This document shows, piece after piece, positions 23,662 to 32,000 of a stretch of DNA of 32,000 nt. Position numbers and translations under genes: made by a program. Within the stretch, counting starts at the first letter, position 1; every line of letters begins with the position of its first letter. Under the pieces are notes generated by a model that saw nothing but the letters and a program-made list of their open reading frames with translations, had not been told where the DNA came from and made no database searches. This stretch comes from Gemmata obscuriglobus (GTDB taxonomy: Bacteria; Planctomycetota; Planctomycetia; Gemmatales; Gemmataceae): the NCBI RefSeq assembly GCF_008065095.1, contig NZ_CP042911.1:7110001-7142000 (forward strand), given 5' to 3'.

Positions 23662-24124
23662 CCCGCCGCGCCGGCCCGGCCTGGCAGCCGGACTCGGCGG
23701 CGGGTCGCAACTCCATGTCGTCCGGGCCGAGTTCTCGCCCGTCGTGGGCGTGGAACGCCAGCGGCCGGACCGGCTTCCGGTCCCGCTTGTCCACCAGCAC
23801 GAAGGGGTTGTCGCCCCCGCACCCCTCGCCCCACTGCCGGATCGCCATCAAAACCAGGAACAGCCCGCGGCCCTTCTCGGTCAGCACGTACTCCTGGTAC
23901 GCACTCCCCTCAACCGTGACCTGTTCGAGCACCCCGAGTGCGACCAGCTTCCGCAGCCGCACCGTCAGGATGTTCTTGGCCACCCCGAGACTCTTCTCGA
24001 ACTCTCCGAACCGGCGGTCCCCGGCGAACGCCTGCCGCACGATCAGCACCGACCACGCGTCGCCGATCGCATCCAGGGACCGGGCAAGCGGGCACTCTTC
24101 GTTCTCTAAACTCTTACGCTTCAT
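23642..24124 (-). CDS. HxlR-family winged-helix transcriptional regulator
   Basis: Trimmed to the ATG at 24122-24124. CPLARSLDAIGDAWSVLIVRQAF.GDRRFGEFEKSLGVAKNILTVRLRKLVALGVLE is a canonical HxlR core. The 3' end overlaps the DinB 3' end by 20 nt (convergent). Confidence 0.88.
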   Translation of the reverse strand: MKRKSLENEECPLARSLDAIGDAWSVLIVRQAFAGDRRFGEFEKSLGVAKNILTVRLRKLVALGVLEQVTVEGSAYQEYVLTEKGRGLFLVLMAIRQWGEGCGGDNPFVLVDKRDRKPVRPLAFHAHDGRELGPDDMELRPAAESGCQAGPARRVTPPAS

Positions 24125-24159
24125 GGCTTTTCCCCCGTTGTGGGAGAATTCTGGAATTC

Positions 24160-24215
24160 GGTTGCAAGGAGCAACCATTACCTATTGTATACCCCGCCAG
24201 TTGCGACTTGCAACT
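24160..24215. promoter_or_regulatory. Two GTTGC-N5-GCAAC palindromes in the HxlR/SDR divergent intergenic region (candidate HxlR operators)
   Basis: The sites are ggttgc-aagga-gcaacc (24160-24176) and agttgc-gactt-gcaact (24199-24215). They lie between the HxlR start (24124, -) and the SDR start (24235, +). Confidence 0.45.
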
Positions 24216-24234
24216 TCTCAAGTGGGAGCCGGTC

Positions 24235-24984
24235 ATGGCGAAGAAACTCGAAGGCAAGGTAGCGGTCGTAACGGGCGCGTCGAAGGGCATCGGAGCGGAG
24301 ATCGCCCGGCACCTCGCGGCCGAAGGGGCGGCCGTGGTGGTCAACTACGCCAGCAGCAAGGCGGGGGCCGACAAGGTCGTGGCCGACATCACGAGCAAGG
24401 GCGGCAAGGCGGTTGCGGTCGGCGGGGACGTGGCGAAGAAGCCCGACGCCGAGGCCATCATTGATGCCGCCGTCAAGAACTACGGCCGGCTCGACGTCCT
24501 CGTCAACAACTCCGGGGTGTATGAGTTCGGCGCGATCGAGCAGATCACCGAAGAGCACTTCCACCGCCAGTTCAACATCAACGTCCTCGGGCTCCTGCTC
24601 GTCACCCAGGCGGCGGTCAAGCACCTCAAGGCCGGCGGCAGCATCATCAACATCGGGTCGGTGGTCACCCGCATTACCCCGCCGCAAAGTGCGGTCTACA
24701 GCGGTACGAAGGGGGCGGTGGACGCCATCACCGGCGTGCTGGCCAAGGAACTCGGGCCGAAGGGGATCCGGGTGAACGCCTTGAACCCCGGGCTGATCGA
24801 GACCGAGGGCACGGTAACCGCGGGCGTCATCGGGTCGGAGATGGAGAAGGAGACGGTGAAGCAGGCCCCGCTCGGCCGCTCGGGCAAGGTGGACGACATC
24901 GCCAAGATCGCGGTGTTCCTCGCCTCCGACGACTCTGGCTGGCTGACCGGCGAGCAACTCCTCGCCGGCGGCGGGGTTCGGTAA
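24235..24984 (+). CDS. SDR-family oxidoreductase
   Basis: Trimmed to the ATG at 24235-24237. TGASKGIG cofactor motif, NNSG, and catalytic YSGTK are present. 249 aa. Confidence 0.92.
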   Translation: MAKKLEGKVAVVTGASKGIGAEIARHLAAEGAAVVVNYASSKAGADKVVADITSKGGKAVAVGGDVAKKPDAEAIIDAAVKNYGRLDVLVNNSGVYEFGAIEQITEEHFHRQFNINVLGLLLVTQAAVKHLKAGGSIINIGSVVTRITPPQSAVYSGTKGAVDAITGVLAKELGPKGIRVNALNPGLIETEGTVTAGVIGSEMEKETVKQAPLGRSGKVDDIAKIAVFLASDDSGWLTGEQLLAGGGVR

Positions 24985-25049
24985 TCCCACAGAACTCTAA
25001 CACACATCCTCCGGCCGTTCGGCGGCCCGGTCTTTTCAGGAGCGCTCCG

Positions 25050-25802
25050 ATGGCAGGCAAACTCGAAGGCAAGGTCGCGGTGGTCACCGGCGGGAACAGC
25101 GGGATCGGGCTGGCGACCGCCAAGCGGTTCGCGACCGAGGGGGCGAAGGTCGTCGTCACCGGCCGCCGCCAGCCCGAACTCGACGCCGCGGTGAAGGAGA
25201 TCGGGCACGGGGCGATCGGCGTCCGCGGGGACGTGGCGAACCTCGCCGACCTCGACCGGCTGTACGCCACCGTGAAGGAGAAGTACGGGCGGGTGGACGT
25301 GGTGTTCGCCAACGCCGGGGGCGGGGAGTTCGCGCCGCTCGGGCAGATCACCGAGGAGCACTACGCCAAGGCGTTCAACACGAACGTGAAGGGGCTGCTG
25401 TTCACCGTCCAGAAGGCGCTCCCGCTGATGCCCGACGGCGGGGCGATCGTCCTCAACGCCTCGATCGTGTCGATCAAGGGGATGGAAGCGTTTAGCGTGT
25501 ACAGCGCGACCAAGGCGGCGGTGCGGTCGTTCGCCCGGTCGTGGACCAACGACCTGAAGGCCCGCAAGATCCGGGTGAACGCGGTCAGCCCGGGGCCGAT
25601 CGAGACCCCGGCCATCGACGCCATCGCCGGGTCCGAGGAGAAGTCGAAGGAGTTCAAGGCGGGGATGGCGAGTCAGGTGCCGCTCGGCCGGATGGGCTCC
25701 CCGGACGAGATCGCCAAGGTGGCCGTGTTCCTGGCCTCGGACGACGCGAGCTACGTGGCCGGGGTGGAGCTGTTCGTGGACGGCGGGATGGCCCAGGTGT
25801 AA
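25050..25802 (+). CDS. SDR-family oxidoreductase (second, paralogous)
   Basis: ATG at 25050 with caggag upstream. TGGNSGIG, NAGG, and catalytic YSATK are present. 250 aa. Confidence 0.92.
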   Translation: MAGKLEGKVAVVTGGNSGIGLATAKRFATEGAKVVVTGRRQPELDAAVKEIGHGAIGVRGDVANLADLDRLYATVKEKYGRVDVVFANAGGGEFAPLGQITEEHYAKAFNTNVKGLLFTVQKALPLMPDGGAIVLNASIVSIKGMEAFSVYSATKAAVRSFARSWTNDLKARKIRVNAVSPGPIETPAIDAIAGSEEKSKEFKAGMASQVPLGRMGSPDEIAKVAVFLASDDASYVAGVELFVDGGMAQV

Positions 25803-25815
25803 GGACCAAGTCCGA

Positions 25816-25935
25816 CTGAAGAGTAGTGGTCGTTGAGCACGCCACCCGCCCGCTGACGCAGGCGGTTCGAAGAGCTACGGGCGAACCGCCTGCGTCAGCA
25901 GGCGGGTGGCGCTCCCGACCACCGTTACTCTTCAA
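25816..25935. repeat. Nested palindromic element between convergent genes
   Basis: The inner arms are gccacccgcccgctgacgcaggcggttcg (25841-25869) and cgaaccgcctgcgtcagcaggcgggtggc (25882-25910), with one mismatch. The outer arms are tgaagagta-gtggtcg (25817-25832) and cgaccac..tactcttca (25916-25934). Confidence 0.78.
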
Positions 25936-25947
25936 CCAGATTTGGTA

Positions 25948-26418
25948 TCACACGCCCGCCAGGTCGTCGCCCGGTTCGGCGGGCTGAAGGAAGCGGATGC
26001 CGTAGCGGCCGCAGATCTCGAACACCGTCTCCATCACCGGCGGCCCCGGCGGCAGCGCCCCCAACTCCTCGAACATGTGCTCGATCCCGGCCGGGAAGGC
26101 CGTGACCGTTGAGCGCGTGATCCCCGGCCCGACGGTCACGAACGCGTGCGGCACGTTCCGCGGCAGCAGCACCACCGCCCCGGCCTCGGCCCGGGTGGTG
26201 CGGCCGCCCACGGTCAAGTCCATCGCCCCTTCGAGCACGTGGAGCAGTTCGTCCTCGTTGGCGTGAGCGTGCAGCGGCACCCCCACCCCGGGCGGGTTGG
26301 TCTGTTCGATCAAGGTGAACGAGCCGCCGGTGTCGGCGCCGGTCAGGCGGACGAGTTGGTTGTCCCCGAGCACGTTGAGGCGGCGGCCTTCCCCTGCGGG
26401 CACGATTTTCGGGTTCAT
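25948..26418 (-). CDS. Cupin-domain protein
   Basis: 156 aa, ATG at 26416-26418. Cupin motifs are VPLHAHANEDELLHVLEG and ...LPRNVPHAF. Confidence 0.85.
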   Translation of the reverse strand: MNPKIVPAGEGRRLNVLGDNQLVRLTGADTGGSFTLIEQTNPPGVGVPLHAHANEDELLHVLEGAMDLTVGGRTTRAEAGAVVLLPRNVPHAFVTVGPGITRSTVTAFPAGIEHMFEELGALPPGPPVMETVFEICGRYGIRFLQPAEPGDDLAGV

Positions 26419-27645
26419 GGCACCTCTGCGAAAGCGATTACGGTTCAGTCTCTATCGGACGGGCGAACGCCCTCTGTGAACCCGTTTGAGCAACTCGCCC
26501 GGGCGATGGGTGCCCCTCTGGATTTTGGCATTTGTGAACGGTATGGGAGCCGGCTGGGGAAGCCGTGGCAATCTGGGAGGGATACTGATGCCGACGCTGA
26601 CTATAGAATACAGTACCGAATCCGAACGGTTGGCCTTGGAACAACTGCTGGGCTATTTCACGGACCTGAATCGTCTGGCCCAAGAAGCTCCCGACGGCAC
26701 GGTCCTGGCCGCCTGCGAGAAGCATGCACTCGATCAAGGGCGCAAACTGTTGCGGACCACACTCGGTGCCGCCTTGGGTTCACGGATCGAGAAGGACGAG
26801 CAAAAAGGGGGCGCGCCCGCACCTGCGCGAAGACGCACCCCGGGCGCTCCAAAGGACCGCACACCCGAACGGTTGTGACCGCCGTTGGTCCGATTGAGCT
26901 GGAGCGGAGGTATTTCCACTGCCCCACTTGCGGGCAAGGCGAGTTCGGAGCCGATCGCGGGCTGGGCCTCAGCGGCTACGTCACCCCGGGCGCCTGTCGG
27001 ATGGCCGTCTTGCTGGGCGTCCAACAGTCCTTCGCCAAAGCCGAAGTGACTCTGGCCGAGGTGGTCGGCTGGGAATTGGACGACAACACCATCCGGCAAC
27101 TCTGCCACGCCACGGCGGCCCAGGCCACCGCCACCCGGCAACACCGCTCGACCGCTGAAGTCTTCACCCGAGCCCAAGCCGCGGCCAGGACCGAGCGGCC
27201 GGTGGACAGCGAGTTGCACATCGACGCGGGCAAGGTCAACACTGTGGAGGACGGTTGGCGGGATCTCAAGATGGCCGTTTTTGCCCGGCGCGAGCGAAGT
27301 GCGCCGACCACGGCGATGGACTGGGAGGGACGCGACCTGCCAACCCCGTTGGCGCGGTCGGTGATCGCGGCCGTGGAGGAGGCGAGCCTGTTCGGGAAGC
27401 GGTGTCACGACGAGGCCACGCGACTGGAGTGGACCGATTCGAGCCAAATGACGGTACTGGGGGATGGGGCCGAGTGGTTGTGGAACGTGTCCGAGCAGCA
27501 CTTCCGTGACGCGACCCAGGTCCTCGACTTCTGGCATGGGGCGGAGTACCTCGCCAGCGGGGCGAAGGCGGTGTTCGGTCCCGGGGTCCAAGCCGCGACG
27601 GCGTTTGTCCGGGGCAAGTCGAAGCTGCTGGAAGACGGATATCCC

Positions 27646-29242
27646 CAGTGCTGTGCACAACTGAGTTCAGGGATCCTCGTTGGGCTTGTGGGCTTGTCGA
27701 CGCCGTTGGACGGAGGTGTGTGCCCCCTTCTGTTTCGCGGCGTGCGGGTGGGCACGGGGCGCCTTGTTGCGTGTCTTGTCCCAGCCCGGCTTCCACATCG
27801 TGCCCAATAACTGATCCAACAACGTTCCCACACTCTCTGCCGTCTGATCCGTCGGGATCAGGGACACGATCATCGACACCTCGACCAACTCCTTGAGCGC
27901 GGCCAACTGACGATGCCAGTCCGTGCAGAACTGCGCCGTCGAGAGGTCGTCGATGGTCACCTTCCGCTTCGCAACCACATAGCCCTGGAGGACCTGCACC
28001 ACGTTCGCGAGGACGAAACACATCGACGCCTGAAACACGGTCGCCTCCGGTGTCGAACCGATGAACCGACCCAGGGCGAAGATCGCCGTCACCTTTTGGA
28101 ACGTGCCTTCGATGGTCCACCGGATGCGGTACAGGTCCAACAGATCGGTCGCCGGGTATGGGGCCGAATCGAGCAGGTCCGTGAGGATTGTAATCGCTTC
28201 GCCCACCGGGCGCGCGACGGTGATCCGCCGGACGTACCGGCGGAGCTTGTCCTTGGGCTTCCCGGCCCACCCCCATTCTTCGACCACGGCTCGTTGGGAT
28301 GGGTCCGCGGTCGTGACCGCGGGGCGCTTCGGGTCGGGTTCGAACGACAGGGTCCGCGCGTACCGCACCACGAAATGACCATTGTCCTTGGTGAACTCGG
28401 CGAAGTGCTTCGACGCACAGAACAACCGATCCCCGACCACCAGTTTCGCCGGACCGCCTCGGGCGTGCACTCGGGGCATCAAATCGGGGATCAGTTTGGC
28501 CTCGTTGGTTTCGCCATCGAGATCGGCCGCCATGTCGAGCACCAACCCGTCACGGGGCCGGTACGCCACGAGCAGTTTTCCGCCCAAGAGCTTGCCCGGT
28601 GTGCCCCGCGTGTCGACGAGTCGCTTGGCCACCTTCTTGAGACTCTTGCCGTCGAGGATCAGAACCTCCAGGCGGTCGAAGGAGGTCGGAAGGCGGTGCG
28701 CGACGACCTCGGGGAACAGGGCGGTGAACCGGTCGGTGACGTCCCGCAGGAACGCTTCGCTCAGGCCCCGGGGGATGCGCCGGAGCTTGCCGTAGAACGC
28801 TTCGTGGCACCCGTCGTCGGGTTGCCGGTGGCGTCGCAGGTGGGCCTGCCGCCCCGAGCCCTGGTGTTCGATGAGCGCATCGAAGATCCAGGTGACCAGT
28901 TGGGCGAAGGTCACGACGTCCTCATAGCCGCGTCCCCGATGTCGCTCGTAGAGGTCCGCGAGGACCGGGTCGGGAACGCCATAGGCGAAGAGTGCGAGCG
29001 ACGCGTGGGCCAGTGGCAGGCCCTCCAGGACCTGGCGCGCGAAGTCCGTGGGCGCGTGCGGTTGGGAGCGTGGGACGCGCTGATGAGGTGGCAGAATCAC
29101 GGTGACCTCCATGTCCCGGGTCGCGGACCCCGCACCACCCCGCGTCCCACGACCACTCGGTTAACCCCAATTTCGTCGCAGTGAAAACCCTAAATCAGCA
29201 ATCCGCAATCAGTTATACAAATCCAAGATGTGCATAGCACTG
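27646..29242 (-). mobile_element. IS4-family insertion sequence (1597 bp), apparently intact
   Basis: The terminal inverted repeat is cagtgctgtgcacaact... (27646) versus the reverse complement of the right end cagtgctatgcacatct... (29242), 15 of the first 17 positions matching. A 9-bp target duplication ggatatccc flanks it (27637-27645 and 29243-29251). Confidence 0.85.
27667..29112 (-). CDS. IS4-family DDE transposase
   Basis: 481 aa, ATG at 29110-29112. It carries the LDGKSL and VVGDRLF D-containing blocks and a YRIRWTIEGTFQK (YREK-like) signature. Confidence 0.88.
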   Translation of the reverse strand: MEVTVILPPHQRVPRSQPHAPTDFARQVLEGLPLAHASLALFAYGVPDPVLADLYERHRGRGYEDVVTFAQLVTWIFDALIEHQGSGRQAHLRRHRQPDDGCHEAFYGKLRRIPRGLSEAFLRDVTDRFTALFPEVVAHRLPTSFDRLEVLILDGKSLKKVAKRLVDTRGTPGKLLGGKLLVAYRPRDGLVLDMAADLDGETNEAKLIPDLMPRVHARGGPAKLVVGDRLFCASKHFAEFTKDNGHFVVRYARTLSFEPDPKRPAVTTADPSQRAVVEEWGWAGKPKDKLRRYVRRITVARPVGEAITILTDLLDSAPYPATDLLDLYRIRWTIEGTFQKVTAIFALGRFIGSTPEATVFQASMCFVLANVVQVLQGYVVAKRKVTIDDLSTAQFCTDWHRQLAALKELVEVSMIVSLIPTDQTAESVGTLLDQLLGTMWKPGWDKTRNKAPRAHPHAAKQKGAHTSVQRRRQAHKPNEDP

Positions 29243-29744
29243 GGATATCCCGGGTTGGTGGACTGGATCGGAGAACTGACCGGGCAGATGCCCGCCGGAG
29301 GCGACGGAGCCGCCTTGGGCGGCGTATTGAATTACTTTTGTGGCCAACAGGGGCGGTTGAATTATGCGGTGCGTTTGCGGCGGGGGCAGTCGATTGGAAG
29401 CGGGTTGGTGGAGGGAACGGTTAAGCAATTGCTCAACATCAGAATGAAACAAACTGGGGCGAGATGGAATCTGGGGCATGTGGCACCGTTTGTCGAACTG
29501 GGGGCATTAGCAGCGGGGCCGGAGTGGAAGGGGTTTTGGGAAAACCAATAACGGGCCAAAATCCAGAGGGGCACCCCGGGCGATCGTTCCTGCCGCGCCA
29601 CTTGCGCCGCAGCGGGCCGTTCGGGAATTCCGGGCGCGTGTTCAAGTGCGGAAGGTCGCGGTACTCCGGTACGAATCTCGTTAGGTGCGATCGCGGTTGC
29701 CGTCAGGTAATATCGGGGCGCGGTACGTCGCCGGAGTAGACCAC

Positions 29745-32000
29745 ATGAAGCCGTTCTGCGCGCTGCTGCCACTCCTGCTGGGCGCGGTGCCGATTTCGGC
29801 GGCTCCCGTTCCGGAACGGGTTCCCGGTCTGGTGAAGACGCTCAAGAACGGCAAACCCGGCGAGCGGGTCGTTGCGGCGGAACTGCTCGGCGACCTCGGA
29901 CCGAAGGCTGAAGGCGCGGTACAGGCGTTGGTCGAAGTGATTCGCTCCACGCCGGCTCCGGCGCCGATTCCGTTTGCGGACCAACGCGAGTGGTCCCGCG
30001 AAGAGGCCGCGGCGGACTTCTTACTCAAAGCGACATGGGACGCACTCGAGCGTATCGGGCCGAAAGCGGTTCCCGCGCTCACGGAATTGCTCACGCATCC
30101 GGACGCCGAGATTCGCGAGCGCGCATCCGCGGTACTGGGAGCCATTGGCCCCGGCGCCGCGGATGCGGTGCCGGCACTCATCAAGTGTTTGAGTGAAGGC
30201 GAGCACCAACAGGTGACTCTGAACGCGCTGAACGCGCTCGCGGCTATCGGCCCGAAAGCAGAGGCCGCGGTTCCCGCGCTGATCAAAACGGCCCTCGACC
30301 CGAGGGCGATGGTTCCCGAAGGGGAGCTGAAGTTGCCGCTGCGTAATGCCGCGGCAAAGGCGCTCGTGGCCATCGGCGCGAAGGCGCTTCCTGCGGTCAG
30401 GAAAGACCTGTTCCCGGCAATCATCAAAGCGATTGACGACGCCGACGAACGCGGATGGCTCCTCTCCGGCTCTGGGTGGGGGAACGCGTGGTCCACGTGG
30501 GCGCCGTTCGGTGCCGACGCCGCTCCTCTCGTTCCGGCGATCGTGCGGTACCTGAGTCGACATAACCAAGATCGGCTCGTGCTGAGCCTGTTGAAGCTCG
30601 GCCCGGACGGACAAAAGGCTCTGGCCGGTCTGCTCTCGGACAAAGACGAACAGGTCCGCAAAGAGCAATTGAACGCGTTGTGCGAGCACGCATTCGGCAC
30701 TTTCGTATCGGAGGGCGGGTTCCACTGCCGGGCGGAAGCCGACCTCCGACCGATCGCACGGGAACTGATTCCGTTCCTGGCGGACAAGGACTACGGCGTT
30801 CGCTTCCACGCACTGGTGGCGATCAATCAACGGTGCCGCCCCGCCCCGCCGGAGGTCGTTAGGGCCGCGCTGCCGCTTCTCAATGACAAGGAATTCCTGA
30901 GCTACCGGGACAAACGTTACGAGATCGATGCCGCCGCGGTCATCGGCTTTTGCGGCCCCGCGGCGATTCCAAAGCTGGTGGAACATTTACAGTCGGACGA
31001 CACAAAGCTGCGCGAGTTCGCGGTACGCGCCCTCAAGGACCTCCGCGGTCCCGGGACCGAAGCGCTGCTCCCCGCACTGCGCGAACGGGCCGCGGGCCGG
31101 GCGACGCGCCCCGAAATGACGCCTCTGGATGCCGCGATCTCCGCGGTCCGGATCAGCCTGGCCCCCAAAGACGTTGAACTGCTCGTACCGTTCTTGAAGA
31201 GCGGTGACCCGAAGGAACGTCTCACGGCACTTGTCGAATTCCGTCAACTGCGGCACCTCGCGCGCCCGCACCTCAAGCACCTGTTCCCGCTACTGAGGGA
31301 TCGCAACCTCCGCTGGAACGCGGCGTTAACGATCGACGCCATCGACTCGTCCGACCCGGACGTGTGCGCGGCGCTGGCCCAATGGATCGCCGACTACGGC
31401 GACCGCCGCCCGCTTGAACGTACCGACCTGTTCGCAAAGGAAATCGCGCCGGCCATTCCCGCGGTGCTCAAAATGCTCGAGGGCGGGCGCGGTTTCGATT
31501 TGGTTCAGCGGATCGGCCCGCCGGCGAAGGACGCGGTTCCGCTCCTGCTGTCGTATCTCACGCGCGAGCCAACTTTTACGGCACGGGAGGGATTCGACCC
31601 GAATAGCGCCCTTCGCGCGCTTGGCACGATCGGCCCGGCGGCCAAAGGGGCCGTGCCCCTGATTCGCGCGCGTTTGGCCAGGGTCGAAGACCGGGAGAAG
31701 ATGTGGTGCCTGTTGTGTCTTGCCGACATCGGACCGGGGGCACGGGACGCGGTGCCGGAACTCAAGGAACTGCTCACCGACCCGGACCCGCGGTTGCGAC
31801 TGCTCGCGGCCTGCGCGCTCTCGAAAATCGAGGCCGATCCCGCCGCGTACCGGGCAACGTTCGCTCGCGCGATACACGAGCGCCCGAACAGCGCGTTCTG
31901 GCACGTGCCGCTGGTGCTCGATCGCATCGCGGCGGACTGCCCGGAGTTGGTGCCGCGCGCCGTTCGCGGCGCCATTCCACGGCTAAACGAGCCGCACGTG
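29745..32000 (+). CDS. Secreted HEAT-repeat protein (partial, runs off the 3' end of the window)
   Basis: Not in the supplied ORF track because no stop is reached. I translated 29745-32000 by hand: 752 codons with no stop. Signal peptide MKPFCALLPLLLGAVPISAAP. There are repeated ...LGDLGPKAEGAVQALVEV..., IGPKAVPALTELLTHPDAEIRERAS, IGPGAADAVPALIKCL and DIGPGARDAVPELKELLTDPDPRLR HEAT-like units. Confidence 0.82.
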   Translation, partial: MKPFCALLPLLLGAVPISAAPVPERVPGLVKTLKNGKPGERVVAAELLGDLGPKAEGAVQALVEVIRSTPAPAPIPFADQREWSREEAAADFLLKATWDALERIGPKAVPALTELLTHPDAEIRERASAVLGAIGPGAADAVPALIKCLSEGEHQQVTLNALNALAAIGPKAEAAVPALIKTALDPRAMVPEGELKLPLRNAAAKALVAIGAKALPAVRKDLFPAIIKAIDDADERGWLLSGSGWGNAWSTWAPFGADAAPLVPAIVRYLSRHNQDRLVLSLLKLGPDGQKALAGLLSDKDEQVRKEQLNALCEHAFGTFVSEGGFHCRAEADLRPIARELIPFLADKDYGVRFHALVAINQRCRPAPPEVVRAALPLLNDKEFLSYRDKRYEIDAAAVIGFCGPAAIPKLVEHLQSDDTKLREFAVRALKDLRGPGTEALLPALRERAAGRATRPEMTPLDAAISAVRISLAPKDVELLVPFLKSGDPKERLTALVEFRQLRHLARPHLKHLFPLLRDRNLRWNAALTIDAIDSSDPDVCAALAQWIADYGDRRPLERTDLFAKEIAPAIPAVLKMLEGGRGFDLVQRIGPPAKDAVPLLLSYLTREPTFTAREGFDPNSALRALGTIGPAAKGAVPLIRARLARVEDREKMWCLLCLADIGPGARDAVPELKELLTDPDPRLRLLAACALSKIEADPAAYRATFARAIHERPNSAFWHVPLVLDRIAADCPELVPRAVRGAIPRLNEPHV

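Larger units (their letters stand above)
26588..29551 (+). pseudogene. ISKra4/ISLre2-type DDE transposase, frameshifted and split by an IS insertion
   Basis: Part 1 is 26588-26878 (MPTLTIEYSTESERLALEQLL...). Part 2, in the -1 frame, runs to 27645 (...YFHCPTCGQG..., GDGAEWLWNV...QVLDFWHGAEYL). Part 3 is 29252-29551 (...GQSIGSGLVEGTVKQLLNIRMKQTGARW...). Removing 27646-29251 restores ...KLLEDGYPGLVDWIGEL... in frame. Confidence 0.8.
26508..29576 (+). mobile_element. ISKra4-like insertion sequence (inactivated), carrying a nested IS4-family element
   Basis: A 22-bp perfect terminal inverted repeat is present: gggtgcccctctggattttggc (26508-26529) / gccaaaatccagaggggcaccc (29555-29576). The ends are flanked by an 8-bp direct repeat cgggcgat (26500-26507 and 29577-29584). 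Without the nested IS the length is ~1.46 kb. Confidence 0.82.

Overview
This is 32 kb of high-G+C DNA; my hand counts give about 68-73% in core genes. It encodes a DUF1559-type protein, a BBP7-type outer-membrane beta-barrel, an ECF sigma factor fused to a beta-propeller, and secreted HEAT and WD40 repeat proteins, and it carries many long intergenic palindromes. That content points to a planctomycete chromosome, probably Gemmataceae-like (inference). Backbone genes are xylA, a cysD-orfX-cysNC sulfate-activation operon, an acyl-CoA dehydrogenase, and an HxlR-centred DinB/SDR/SDR/cupin cluster. Accessory content includes four small orphan genes downstream of the ECF-sigma fusion. There is a nested IS: an IS4-family element inserted into an ISKra4-like element, both with recognisable inverted repeats and target-site duplications. 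There are also two copies of a ~125-bp MITE-like palindromic element and several other palindromic repeat types. The most interesting locus is 16.2-19.8 kb. A BBP7 barrel gene with an in-frame 27-nt tandem repeat is divergently paired with a tandem duplication encoding two 121/130-aa PEP-CTERM proteins. Their signal-peptide blocks are identical over 122 nt and their CPPPPPC-VPEP anchors differ by 4 synonymous changes in 123 nt, yet the ~50%-proline cores are unalignable. Other points: a ~50% G+C orphan ORF is wedged between cysD and cysNC; cysD probably starts at a non-canonical AUC behind a GGAGG site; a ~1 kb gene-free, GC-depressed region lies upstream of cysD; and a 752-codon HEAT-repeat ORF runs off the window end and is therefore absent from the supplied ORF track. 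I recognised no rRNA, tRNA or CRISPR array. All family assignments are from motif recognition by eye, not database searches.
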